A stretch of 64,000 bases of DNA from a virus (Duplodnaviria > Caudoviricetes): IMG/VR virus record IMGVR_UViG_3300021400_000130, positions 32,001-96,000 of that record. One strand, 5' to 3'. Every line of letters begins with the position of its first letter. The stretch's first letter is position 1. Both the position numbers and the translations under genes were made by a program. The notes under the pieces are model-generated. The model made no database searches. It saw only the letters and a list, made by a program, of their open reading frames with translations, and was not told the DNA's origin. Shown here piece after piece: positions 9,846-19,127 of this stretch.

Positions 9846-11336
9846 ATGGGTAGCGTAGTATTCCATGACAGCTACTTTGTCAGCGGAATTGGTTCGTCAG
9901 AACAAAACGTAAAGATCAACTTTTCTGAATCGTATAGTGCGTCGACTAACAAGACGACTATAACTTTTTCTAGCTGTCAGATCGCGTCAAACCTTTTTCT
10001 TGGCAACTGCGTAGTCAGAGGAAAAGTTCAGTTCAACGGTTCAGATGTCAAAACATACCCGACAAGTACATCTTCTTATACAGCCAGCATCGGAGGCGGA
10101 ACTTCAAATTATGCCACCGTAACAGGTGGTAGCGGTTCGTCCATCACTGTAACACACAACTCAAGTGGTGCGGCATCATTTACTATCAAACTAGTAGCTC
10201 TCGAGGGAAGCTATTTTGGTGCAGCTTACAATGGAAAAATGTTTGGTGTTAAAAACGGCTCATCTAAAAGCTATACTCTCACCACCCACACCTCATCGCT
10301 TACGGTCAACCCAAACAACGGTACTTGGAACGGTAGCACAACTACCCAAAGCTTCTCACAAGCACCGACTTCTACTAAAACTATCGCGAACCCAACAAGA
10401 ACTGGTTATACGTTTAGCGGCTGGACGCTGTCAGGCGGTGGTTCTATCAGCAACGGCGTCTACACTTTTGGTGGTAGCAACGGAACGCTAACCGCGCAGT
10501 GGACTGCCGACAACTACACTGTTAGCCTCACAGCAGGCGATTATATTGCATCTGTGTCCGGCGGCGGTAGTAAGGCATATGGTTCTAGCGTGACGGTCAC
10601 AGCTGTGCTCGGTTCTGCTACAGGCTACACTTACACATTTGATGGCTGGTACGACGGCACCACAAAAGTCTCGTCTTCTCTGTCGTACACATTCACAATG
10701 CCTGCTAGTTCAGTCTCGCTGACCGCTAAAGCTACTAGGACACTCAACTCGTATACTGTCTCCGTCTCGGCGGGAGATAACATCGCTTCGGTATCTGGTG
10801 GCGGTACTTATCCCTATAATTCAAACGTGACGGTCACAGCTGTGCTCGGCTCTGCTACGGGCTATACTTATACGTTTGACGGATGGTACATACTGACAAC
10901 AAAGGTCTCTTCTAGTTTGTCTTATTCCTTCGCGATGCCTGCGGAGTCTGTGTCACTCACGGCTGTAGGTACTAGAACTGAGAATTCTTACACCCTCTCG
11001 TTCGACGCAAACGGAGGCACAGGTGCACCAGAAGCTATAACGAGAACCCATGGCACTACGTTCGAGCTTCCAGCTACCATTCCGACAAAGGCGGGCTATC
11101 GTTTTCTTGGATGGTCAACTAACAGTTCTGCAACAACACCCGAGTATTTACCAGAATCAAGTTATACTATTACAGAAAACAGTATTCTATATGCAGTTTG
11201 GAAAGCAGAAGGTTCAGTACATATTGATAATGGAGCATCTTTTGATGTATATGCAATCTACATAGATAACGGTACAAGCTGGGATCAGTATGTTCCTTAT
11301 ATTGATAATGGCACTAGTTGGGATATATATAGTTAA
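9846..11336 (+). CDS. Adhesin/receptor-binding protein with InlB B-repeat (Flg_new-like) domains
   Basis: NPTRTGYTFSGW and IPTKAGYRFLGW..LYAVW repeats; internal 237-bp duplication (10590 vs 10827); three C-terminal (H/Y)IDNG(A/T)S(F/W)D repeats. Confidence 0.7.
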   Translation: MGSVVFHDSYFVSGIGSSEQNVKINFSESYSASTNKTTITFSSCQIASNLFLGNCVVRGKVQFNGSDVKTYPTSTSSYTASIGGGTSNYATVTGGSGSSITVTHNSSGAASFTIKLVALEGSYFGAAYNGKMFGVKNGSSKSYTLTTHTSSLTVNPNNGTWNGSTTTQSFSQAPTSTKTIANPTRTGYTFSGWTLSGGGSISNGVYTFGGSNGTLTAQWTADNYTVSLTAGDYIASVSGGGSKAYGSSVTVTAVLGSATGYTYTFDGWYDGTTKVSSSLSYTFTMPASSVSLTAKATRTLNSYTVSVSAGDNIASVSGGGTYPYNSNVTVTAVLGSATGYTYTFDGWYILTTKVSSSLSYSFAMPAESVSLTAVGTRTENSYTLSFDANGGTGAPEAITRTHGTTFELPATIPTKAGYRFLGWSTNSSATTPEYLPESSYTITENSILYAVWKAEGSVHIDNGASFDVYAIYIDNGTSWDQYVPYIDNGTSWDIYS

Positions 11337-11419
11337 CTTCAAAAAATAGTGCTTAATTGTATATATAAAGTATCCAAATTTCAAACTTATATTTTACAAT
11401 TAAAGGTCCGGTAAAGAAC

Positions 11420-11896
11420 ATGACATTAGACGAAATATTGAAATATAGTGGAGGGGCGATACTATTATTGTTAACATTTATTGAAATTGTCCCAATAAAG
11501 ATAAATCCGTGGAGTTGGATAGCAAGTAAGTTGGGGAAAGCTCTAAACAAAGATCTTTTACAAGAAATGAAGGACATTCAAGAAAGTCATAAGAAAGATC
11601 AAGAAGAGAATGAAAAAAGACTTCAAGCTGTAGAAAATACTCAGATAGAATTTGAAAAATATTGTAAACGCGATGATGCTAAAACTGCTAGAAGACGTAT
11701 ACTACGTTGTGCAGACGAACTACGGATGGGCATAGAACATTCTCAGGAATTTTTTGATGATGTTCTAGATGATGTTTCATGTTATAACAATTACTGCTTA
11801 GAAAACCCTGATTTTAAAAATATGAAAGCCGTAGTAGCAATTGAATTCATAAAAGATACTTACCAAAATTGTTTAAAGCAAAACAAATTTCTATAA
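11420..11896 (+). CDS. Holin-like membrane protein of lysis cassette
   Basis: N-terminal TM helix plus IEIVPIKINPWSWI, coiled coil and ARRRILRCADE; immediately upstream of endolysin. Confidence 0.6.
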   Translation: MTLDEILKYSGGAILLLLTFIEIVPIKINPWSWIASKLGKALNKDLLQEMKDIQESHKKDQEENEKRLQAVENTQIEFEKYCKRDDAKTARRRILRCADELRMGIEHSQEFFDDVLDDVSCYNNYCLENPDFKNMKAVVAIEFIKDTYQNCLKQNKFL

Positions 11897-11921
11897 TTTA
11901 CTAGTAAAGGTGGGATAGCAG

Positions 11922-13469
11922 TTGAATAGAAATACAGTATTAGAAGCTGCAAGATCCTGGTTAGGTTTCAAAGAATACGACGGATCATTCAAAGTTATAA
12001 TTGATACTTATAATAGTATTGTTCCATTACCTGCTGGATATAGGCTAAGTTATTCTGATCCTTGGTGTGCTGCATTTGTATCCGCAGTTGGCAAAAAAGT
12101 TAATGCAAATGATATCATATATCCCGAATGTAGTTGTGACAGAATGATTCAACTATATCAGAGAAATGGAAGATGGATGGAAGATGATTCATATATTCCA
12201 AAGCCAGGTGACATCATTTTCTATGACTGGAACGATTCAGGTTCAGGAGATAATTATGGAGGTTCGGATCACGTAGGAATTGTTTATTCCGTTGTAGGTT
12301 CGACAATGACAATAATTGAAGGAAACTGCAGTGATTCTGTATGTTTTACAACCAGGACAGTAAATCAGAGATTTATTAGAGGATATGGTCTGCCTAAGTA
12401 TAGCGATTCCATTGACACAGTTCCGTCAACTCCTGCTATAACAGTTCCGCAAACAAATATGTCTGTTGGTAGTAAAGTTAAAGTCACAGGAAGTTCCTGG
12501 TATACCGGAGCCTCAATACCACAGTGGGTGAAGGATGATACTTGGATAATCTTATGTATGAATGGTGACCGTGTTGTTCTGGACAAGAATATTTCTGGAA
12601 CAAGAAGTATAATGTCTCCTATAAATATTAAGGACATTGTTCTTGCTGACAGTTCTACTACCACAAATGTTGTAAATACAAAACCTACCGTTTCTGTTAT
12701 CACTTCAAGTAATATGACCGAAAAAGAAATGTGGGATTACTTGATGTCTGTGTACAATAATAAATATGGTGTAGCTGGTATAATGGGTAACCTTTATGCA
12801 GAAAGCGGACTAATATCCACAAATCTTGAAAACCAATATGAATCTAAATTGGGATATACAGACTTAACTTATACACAGAGTGTTGATAATGGAACTTATA
12901 CAAACTTTGTAAATGACAGTGCTGGTTATGGATTAGCTCAATGGACTTACTGGTCTTTAAAGAAAGGCTTGTATAACTATGCTAAGTCCATCAAGAAATC
13001 AATTGGCGATGCTAGAATGCAATTAGAATTTTTAGTTTCTGAATTTGCTTCTCTTCCTTCAATTGTTTCTGCAATTAAGAATGCAACTAATATCAGAACT
13101 CCTTCCGATATTATACTAACACAGTATGAAAGACCTGCAAATCAATCAGAAGCTGTTAAAGTTGCAAGAGCTAACTTTGGTCAAAATTATCTTAACAAGT
13201 ATGGAAATAGTACAACTGTTACACCTCCTTCTAATGAAACTAACATAACTCCTTCTACTTCAAAAGAATATTTTGTAGGTGACGTTGTAAACTTTACAGG
13301 AAGTAAACATTATGTTAGCTCTTATCTGGATTTAGGATTCAGTTGTAGACCTGGAAAAGCAACAGTAACTATTATAAACAAAAAAGGTAAACATCCTTAT
13401 CATCTCATAAGAACAGCGGATGGCGGATCAACTGTTTACGGATGGGTTGACTCAGGAACATTTAACTAA
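11922..13469 (+). CDS. Modular endolysin: CHAP + putative cell-wall-binding domain + phage-tail-type lysozyme + SH3-like domain
   Basis: CHAP motifs PWCAAFVS, PGDIIFYDW, DHVGIV, IEGN; lysozyme motifs GVAGIMGNLYAESGL, GYGLAQWT, YERPA; C-terminal HPYHLI...VYGWVD; TTG start. Confidence 0.9.
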   Translation: MNRNTVLEAARSWLGFKEYDGSFKVIIDTYNSIVPLPAGYRLSYSDPWCAAFVSAVGKKVNANDIIYPECSCDRMIQLYQRNGRWMEDDSYIPKPGDIIFYDWNDSGSGDNYGGSDHVGIVYSVVGSTMTIIEGNCSDSVCFTTRTVNQRFIRGYGLPKYSDSIDTVPSTPAITVPQTNMSVGSKVKVTGSSWYTGASIPQWVKDDTWIILCMNGDRVVLDKNISGTRSIMSPINIKDIVLADSSTTTNVVNTKPTVSVITSSNMTEKEMWDYLMSVYNNKYGVAGIMGNLYAESGLISTNLENQYESKLGYTDLTYTQSVDNGTYTNFVNDSAGYGLAQWTYWSLKKGLYNYAKSIKKSIGDARMQLEFLVSEFASLPSIVSAIKNATNIRTPSDIILTQYERPANQSEAVKVARANFGQNYLNKYGNSTTVTPPSNETNITPSTSKEYFVGDVVNFTGSKHYVSSYLDLGFSCRPGKATVTIINKKGKHPYHLIRTADGGSTVYGWVDSGTFN

Positions 13470-13479
13470 GGAGTAACAA

Positions 13480-13836
13480 ATGGAATTCATTTCCTTATAT
13501 GGTAATCAGATAATCTTTACATTACTTACAGGTATACTAACTGCAATAGGTACCTGGATAGGAAAAAAGTATCAAGAAATATGTAATGATAAAATTAAAA
13601 GAGATACAGTAAAGACTTGTGTGAATGCTGTTGAACAACTTTACCCCGATATGTTAGGGGAAGAAAAATATATAAAAGCAACTGAATCTATAAAAGAGAT
13701 TCTGTATAACAAGAATATTGCTATAACAGATCTTGAAATAAAAATGCTGATAGAAGAACAGTGTAATAGATTTAATCAATTCAAAAATATGAATAAAGAA
13801 AAACATTCTACTGAAGGAGAAAATTATAAACAATGA
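13480..13836 (+). CDS. Holin, LL-H family
   Basis: One N-terminal TM helix; VxAVEQL...GEEK..A...L...I...IE pattern. Confidence 0.75.
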   Translation: MEFISLYGNQIIFTLLTGILTAIGTWIGKKYQEICNDKIKRDTVKTCVNAVEQLYPDMLGEEKYIKATESIKEILYNKNIAITDLEIKMLIEEQCNRFNQFKNMNKEKHSTEGENYKQ

Positions 13837-14144
13837 ATATTACTCAAATTTGTTCCCTTGCTATTTTACTAGTGTTTGCTATTATTTCAGCTTTTGTTGT
13901 TCCTGTATTAAAGCAAAAGTTAGGTCAAGAGAAGCTGAATAAAATTCTTATGTATGTTGAAATTGCAGTTGCAGCTGCAGAACAACTATACAATGCAGAT
14001 CAAGGTGCGGAAAAGAAAGCATATGTTCTTGCCTATCTGAATGAAGAATTAGCAAAACATGGTCTTGTTGTTGACATGGAAACTCTTGAAAATCTAATTG
14101 AGTCTCAAGTGCTAATACTTCACAATCAGTTAAAGAATGAATAA
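13833..14144 (+). CDS. Holin, LL-H family (second copy)
   Basis: N-terminal TM helix; VEIAVAAAEQLY...GAEKKAYV...LIESQV. Confidence 0.8.
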   Translation: MNITQICSLAILLVFAIISAFVVPVLKQKLGQEKLNKILMYVEIAVAAAEQLYNADQGAEKKAYVLAYLNEELAKHGLVVDMETLENLIESQVLILHNQLKNE

Positions 14145-14160
14145 TTTATTCTAACGGTTT

Positions 14161-14194
14161 AAAACGCTCTCTTTATTTGAGAGCGTTTTTTTTT
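14161..14194 (+). terminator. Rho-independent terminator after lysis cassette (possibly bidirectional)
   Basis: AAAACGCTCTC-TTTATTT-GAGAGCGTTTT hairpin followed by a T-run. Confidence 0.9.
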
Positions 14195-14237
14195 AATTGA
14201 TAAAATTTTTAATTGTTCTACAGACACTTTTAATTTC

Positions 14238-14247
14238 TGCTAAATTA
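14238..14247 (+). promoter_or_regulatory. Candidate phage late-promoter motif TGCTAAATTA
   Basis: Intergenic, right after a terminator; the motif recurs at 24848, 30141, 37026 and 39159. Confidence 0.5.
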
Positions 14248-14297
14248 TTATGTTAGTTTATTGTATAATAATGTAACACCATAAAGAGGTACAAACA

Positions 14298-14669
14298 ATG
14301 AAATTTATACTAAAGGAAAGTCTTAATACAATTTATTATACTTTATTCCCTTCTTGGAACGGAGAAGGAGAAGTTGAGTGGGAATATAGTCCAACTCTTG
14401 ATGATGAAAAAAGATTTACAGATGTAATAATGAAAACATACTCCAAAGACACTCTTGAAGAACTTTTAAAAGATGCTCTTTCGGATGATTATTCAAATCT
14501 TGAGATAGAAGAACAGACAGCAGAATTAAGAGATCTTGTATTTGAAAATCTTGATTTATTTGATGAAGATGCTTATGACTTCTTCTACGATGATGCCCTT
14601 GAAGATTATGAAGAGCAATCTTCTTACGGTAATGATAACGGATCCGGAATGTCGGACAGAGATTTTTAA
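14298..14669 (+). CDS. Acidic hypothetical protein with LxE leader (putative head-internal protein)
   Basis: GAGG RBS; N-terminus MKFILKES; highly acidic. Confidence 0.6.
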   Translation: MKFILKESLNTIYYTLFPSWNGEGEVEWEYSPTLDDEKRFTDVIMKTYSKDTLEELLKDALSDDYSNLEIEEQTAELRDLVFENLDLFDEDAYDFFYDDALEDYEEQSSYGNDNGSGMSDRDF

Positions 14670-14680
14670 GGAGATTAACT

Positions 14681-16309
14681 ATGAATATTGATAAGATTAT
14701 GGAAGATATTCATCAGCTGTTACCTTCTACATGTGAGATGGATGATCTGTCATGGAATAATGAAGGAACAATGATGAGAACTCGTGTGTATAAAGTTAAC
14801 ATGAGCAAGATTCCAAAGCCTTTTGACCCTAATAGATATATTGAAGCGGTTTCTCCAATTTCTAGTGAAACAAAGAGGAGAATAAAAGCATACTTGCAGA
14901 ATAATGCTCTAGAGTATGAGTTTGGTACAGACTGGGAGGGCTATCCTACTCTTAAAATCTGGGAAGAAGCAGATATGATGGAAGATATACGGAAAAAGAG
15001 AAAAGACACAGCAGGTTTCTTTTCCACCTTGTTCCCCGGAGATCCTGAGAAAGATGCAAAAAGATTTAACAATAGTGTAAAAGATTGTGAAACTCCTGAA
15101 GTTTCGGATAGCGGTTCTTCTCCTGCTATTTCTGAAAGTTTCTCCGACACAAATTGGATGTATATATCTGATGTCATTGAAGGAATGATGGGCAACATGG
15201 ACGATGACGACATTGATAGAGATCTAAGAATATTCAAAAGAATAGCTCAGAAATTACAGGTTCGTAATATGGACGATGTTGTCGTTGTTATTGATAGCGA
15301 TTCAGAATATGATCCTCAGTATTATATAACTGAAGTTGGTCAAAAAGTAGGACCTGTTTATAAAAACTCTGATGATTTGATTGAATATGAACTATTTGGA
15401 TCACACCTTATTGCTGAAAATCATCCTAATGGTCTATTCTTATATTTTAGAGATAGTGCTTCCGCAAAGAAGTATATTGAAGCTGTAGAAAAACTTAATG
15501 AAAGTTTTTCCAATCACCGTTCTTTAACTGAAAGCTCTGATAGAACTGCCCTTATTGATAAGATTAAATCTTTTGGTAAGAACTATGACTTCGATAAGTA
15601 TACTGACCAACAGCTATTTAGAATTGTTAATAGATTGAAAGACAAAGCAGAAATAGAGGACGTCATGAAAGAATTTGCTGAAAAAAGAAAACAGAATGAG
15701 CAAAGAAAGTACGATTCAGAATATGACATTCCCGACGAAACTTATGTAGAAGAAGCTTTAACAGTAAGAGATAAACTAAGCCGTTTAGATGAACAATGTT
15801 TGGACAACGGAAGATATCTTGATCTTAGAAATTTGTTTGAAGCTGTTTCTCCTACAATGACACCTGAGGAAAAAGAAGAACTAAGAAAAGTAGTTAATGC
15901 TACAAATGATCCCGATATTATCTCTGCTTATCTGAATGGAAAATATGAAGAAAAAGACGAAAGTTTACAAGAAGATTTTGAATCTAATCTTTTCAGAAAA
16001 CTTGAATGGGCTGTTGGAGACTTCCTTGAATTCTGCGAAGCTGTTGAATGGGCATTTCCTGAAGGCCTAATCTTTGATGGATGGAAAGACTGGATAGATG
16101 ATAATGCAATGTCACTTCCTGAAGAGTCTGTAGAGAGCGCCGAAATCCTACTTAATGAATATAAACATCTATATGAGGTGAATAAAGAGTTACAGGATCA
16201 TGAAGTAGATGATTGGGAAACAAACGCTTTTCTTGAGTTATATGAAAATATGCGTTCTGCTTATGATGCAGCAATAGAAGAGTGGGAAAAGAACCACGCA
16301 GGAGAGTAA
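14681..16309 (+). CDS. Acidic multi-module protein (putative head-internal polyprotein)
   Basis: N-terminus MNIDKIMED; internal ISES, LNES, LTES, VEEA, LFEA, LQED motifs between segments. Confidence 0.55.
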   Translation: MNIDKIMEDIHQLLPSTCEMDDLSWNNEGTMMRTRVYKVNMSKIPKPFDPNRYIEAVSPISSETKRRIKAYLQNNALEYEFGTDWEGYPTLKIWEEADMMEDIRKKRKDTAGFFSTLFPGDPEKDAKRFNNSVKDCETPEVSDSGSSPAISESFSDTNWMYISDVIEGMMGNMDDDDIDRDLRIFKRIAQKLQVRNMDDVVVVIDSDSEYDPQYYITEVGQKVGPVYKNSDDLIEYELFGSHLIAENHPNGLFLYFRDSASAKKYIEAVEKLNESFSNHRSLTESSDRTALIDKIKSFGKNYDFDKYTDQQLFRIVNRLKDKAEIEDVMKEFAEKRKQNEQRKYDSEYDIPDETYVEEALTVRDKLSRLDEQCLDNGRYLDLRNLFEAVSPTMTPEEKEELRKVVNATNDPDIISAYLNGKYEEKDESLQEDFESNLFRKLEWAVGDFLEFCEAVEWAFPEGLIFDGWKDWIDDNAMSLPEESVESAEILLNEYKHLYEVNKELQDHEVDDWETNAFLELYENMRSAYDAAIEEWEKNHAGE

Positions 16310-16313
16310 ACAT

Positions 16314-17351
16314 ATGAAAGTAAATAATCTTAATGAATACTGGGACAAAATTGAAGACACTCCTTATTATAAAGTAGCCTCTAAACCTGTTATGGATAGT
16401 GACGGGTTTTGGACGGAATACACAATGTATTACAACGAGGACGAAGATAATTATTTCTTCATTTTTGGAGACAGTGATTTATATGGTCCCGATCCTGCAT
16501 ACGCTGATTGGGAATGTGAAACAAATGAGGAAGCTGTTGAATGGTACAATAGCTACAATGGATTTGAAGATGAGGATGAGGACAGCTCTGATTCTTTTGA
16601 ACTAGATGATGAAGATGTTGACGAGAGTTTAGAAGAAAAATTAACAATAGACGAAGATTTGTTTGATATTGTGGAACTTCCTCAGGCTGACCCTACTCCC
16701 GATCTTCCAGTAGTTGAAACAGATTCGGAACCTAGTAAAGAAGTTGCAAACCAAGGACCAGAATTTGGTGTAGCTGATCTACTTAACAATTTAATTTCTT
16801 CAAACTGGGATTTAAATAGCTCTTACAATGAGTTAATTGTTAACGCAGAAGCAAACAGTATGAATGATATTGCTAATGTAGCAAAAGATATATCTGCTGA
16901 TATAAATAATCACATTGGAAAATTACAAGCAGCTCTTTCTACTATCTGCCCAAGTGTTGAGAATATAAGTGTAGGAGAGGAAGAAGCAGCACAACAACTT
17001 GAACCTTCTGCTCCTGAAGTAAATGAAGCTTTATCTGATGAGGACAAAGAACGTCTAGAAAGAAAAGGAACTGTCAGTAGAAAAATAGTTCAAAAACTAA
17101 ACAATATTGTATCAAAATACAATGGCTGGCACGAGCCTTCTGAAATTCGTCACATGTGGGAAGAGCTTACAGACGAAGGCGTAGAAGTCGGAATGATCTC
17201 AGGATACGGTCAACAAGCTGCTGATGGCGGGAGAAGTTGGACTGTTGATTGGTCATTAGAAGGAATACCTGTTATGAACAGTATGTTTGTTTATTCGTTC
17301 TACGAACCACAAGAAGAATCAAAGAATGAGTACTTAATGTATTTTTCCTAA
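16314..17351 (+). CDS. Acidic multi-module protein (putative head-internal)
   Basis: MKVNNLNE leader; VDESLEE and VNEA linkers; central helical segment ending DINNHIGKLQ is weakly ferritin-like. Confidence 0.55.
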   Translation: MKVNNLNEYWDKIEDTPYYKVASKPVMDSDGFWTEYTMYYNEDEDNYFFIFGDSDLYGPDPAYADWECETNEEAVEWYNSYNGFEDEDEDSSDSFELDDEDVDESLEEKLTIDEDLFDIVELPQADPTPDLPVVETDSEPSKEVANQGPEFGVADLLNNLISSNWDLNSSYNELIVNAEANSMNDIANVAKDISADINNHIGKLQAALSTICPSVENISVGEEEAAQQLEPSAPEVNEALSDEDKERLERKGTVSRKIVQKLNNIVSKYNGWHEPSEIRHMWEELTDEGVEVGMISGYGQQAADGGRSWTVDWSLEGIPVMNSMFVYSFYEPQEESKNEYLMYFS

Positions 17352-17364
17352 GGAGAATAAATAG

Positions 17365-18663
17365 ATGAAGATTAAGAAATTAGTAGAAGAAATTACTAAC
17401 TTTGATAATATTAAAGATCTTAAAGTAGTAACTGATCCTATAACTGGTGATGCAATTGAGGCTTCTAAGAAAGCCCAAGATGAATTTGATAAAGTTACAA
17501 CACCATTCAAGAAACCCATTACAGGTACAAAAGACGATGAGAAGTCAAAGGCGGCAGACCTGAAAGAGGCTATTGAAAGTGATGGATGGGAATTAGAGGA
17601 TTCTCACATATCAGAAGTCCTTATGAGATGTGCTGCTCTTAAGTATGAGATTGACAACTGTGTCAGAGGTAGCTATGAGACCAAGGGTGCTGATACCTAT
17701 AGTGAGCTTGCTGTTTATGTTCGTGATCTTGCTAACGATTTGATGGACTGTGCTGAAGAACTAGCAGAGATGGACAACGATATCGGGTATGATAAAGATC
17801 ATTTTCTTGATGAAAGTTTTGATTGGTCAAACGGAAGTTTACAAGACTTTGATCCAGAAGATTTGATGGAGAAAGTAAAGAAACGTCAAATGTCGTTATT
17901 TACTCGTAGAGAGTTTGGAGATAAAGTATACGACATTTCTATTCATCCTCATGGTCGTGTTGATCAACCTACTGATATATGGATAGATATTATCTCTGAA
18001 GACGAGCAAGGTAATCAAGACAGAACATTCCTGAAGAAATTCTTAACTTATGACGAAGCTATTAACGCTATGAAAGAATGGAAAGAAAAAATAGTTGACT
18101 CTCAAGTAGACTCTGTTGTTAAAGAAGCTTTAGGAGAAGATGACTCTGACCCTATGGACTCAAAACTTTCTGATAAAGAGTCTGATATTCAACTAATAAT
18201 GTGGTACTTTGGTGTAGATCATCAAAAGGCTGAGGATAGATTGAACTCAGGTTTTTATAGCACAGCTGATATAGAAAAGGCAAAGAAATATCTAAATAAG
18301 AAACAAACTGCATCGTTAGAAGAAGATGGTCGTCAGAATAGATTAAATCTTACTCCAGAACAAAAAGCAGAAGAGAAAGCAATGGCAGCAACACTTTTTG
18401 ACCGTGTCTACAATGAATTAGAAAAAGACACAGATGGTTCAAAAAATCGTGTAAATAGGAAAGCTTCTCAAAGATATAATACGGAAGATATTTCAACTGA
18501 TGTAAATGGGAATATTGTTGTTTATTCCGATAGCAGAGATAAACTACAGAATGCAGTTAATGTTGCTAAAGAATATAACCTTCAGTATAAATTAGGTCCT
18601 GGTAGTATGAGAAATAAGGCTCATGCTTTCCAGTGTGTACTGTTCATCCCTGAAGAAGAATAA
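17365..18663 (+). CDS. Acidic multi-module protein (putative head-internal)
   Basis: MKIKKLVEE leader; LKEA, LDES, VKEA/LGED and LEED linkers. Confidence 0.55.
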   Translation: MKIKKLVEEITNFDNIKDLKVVTDPITGDAIEASKKAQDEFDKVTTPFKKPITGTKDDEKSKAADLKEAIESDGWELEDSHISEVLMRCAALKYEIDNCVRGSYETKGADTYSELAVYVRDLANDLMDCAEELAEMDNDIGYDKDHFLDESFDWSNGSLQDFDPEDLMEKVKKRQMSLFTRREFGDKVYDISIHPHGRVDQPTDIWIDIISEDEQGNQDRTFLKKFLTYDEAINAMKEWKEKIVDSQVDSVVKEALGEDDSDPMDSKLSDKESDIQLIMWYFGVDHQKAEDRLNSGFYSTADIEKAKKYLNKKQTASLEEDGRQNRLNLTPEQKAEEKAMAATLFDRVYNELEKDTDGSKNRVNRKASQRYNTEDISTDVNGNIVVYSDSRDKLQNAVNVAKEYNLQYKLGPGSMRNKAHAFQCVLFIPEEE

Positions 18664-18677
18664 AGGAAGTATTTAGA

Positions 18678-19127
18678 ATGTATAGAGTTGACCAACACAA
18701 AAATATCTATTTAAGTAGAGGCGACGATTTCAGCTATACATTCCCCGTTTATGTTGATAATGAAACAACAGCATACCACTTTGAACAAGATGACGGTTGT
18801 ATGCTGTTTTTCTATATTTTTCTTCCTAATTCTATCAACTATGAATTTGTATTAAGAAAAACATTCAAGACAGACGGAGAAATTATTACTGAAATAGTTG
18901 ATGAATATGAATCCGAAGTTACAACAGGAAATGACAATGTTGATAAAAACGGTAACATTATTGTTAGATTAACTCCTAGTGACACAATGTCAATTCGTCC
19001 CGGTCAGTATAAATATCAAATAAGAGTACAAGTACTTGACAAGGATAATAATCTTGTATTAAAAACAGTTACCAATAGAAAAGATTTTTATGTAATTGAG
19101 GATGATTATAGCGACAGAGTGTGGTAA
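18678..19127 (+). CDS. Hypothetical virion protein, Ig-like/BppU N-terminal-like
   Basis: IYLSRGDD...IVRLTPSDT..I.PG.Y.YQI pattern typical of this fold. Confidence 0.5.
   Translation: MYRVDQHKNIYLSRGDDFSYTFPVYVDNETTAYHFEQDDGCMLFFYIFLPNSINYEFVLRKTFKTDGEIITEIVDEYESEVTTGNDNVDKNGNIIVRLTPSDTMSIRPGQYKYQIRVQVLDKDNNLVLKTVTNRKDFYVIEDDYSDRVW

Noticed and set aside
8519-11336. Possible diversity-generating retroelement target or template in fibre/adhesin genes
   Set aside because: No reverse transcriptase in the window; the 237-bp internal duplication differs at synonymous positions of all bases, not adenine-specifically
16750-16950. Ferritin-like/encapsulin-cargo call for the central helices of 16314..17351
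   Set aside because: The metal-binding ExxH glutamates appear to be missing (DINNH); too weak to assign a function without a profile search
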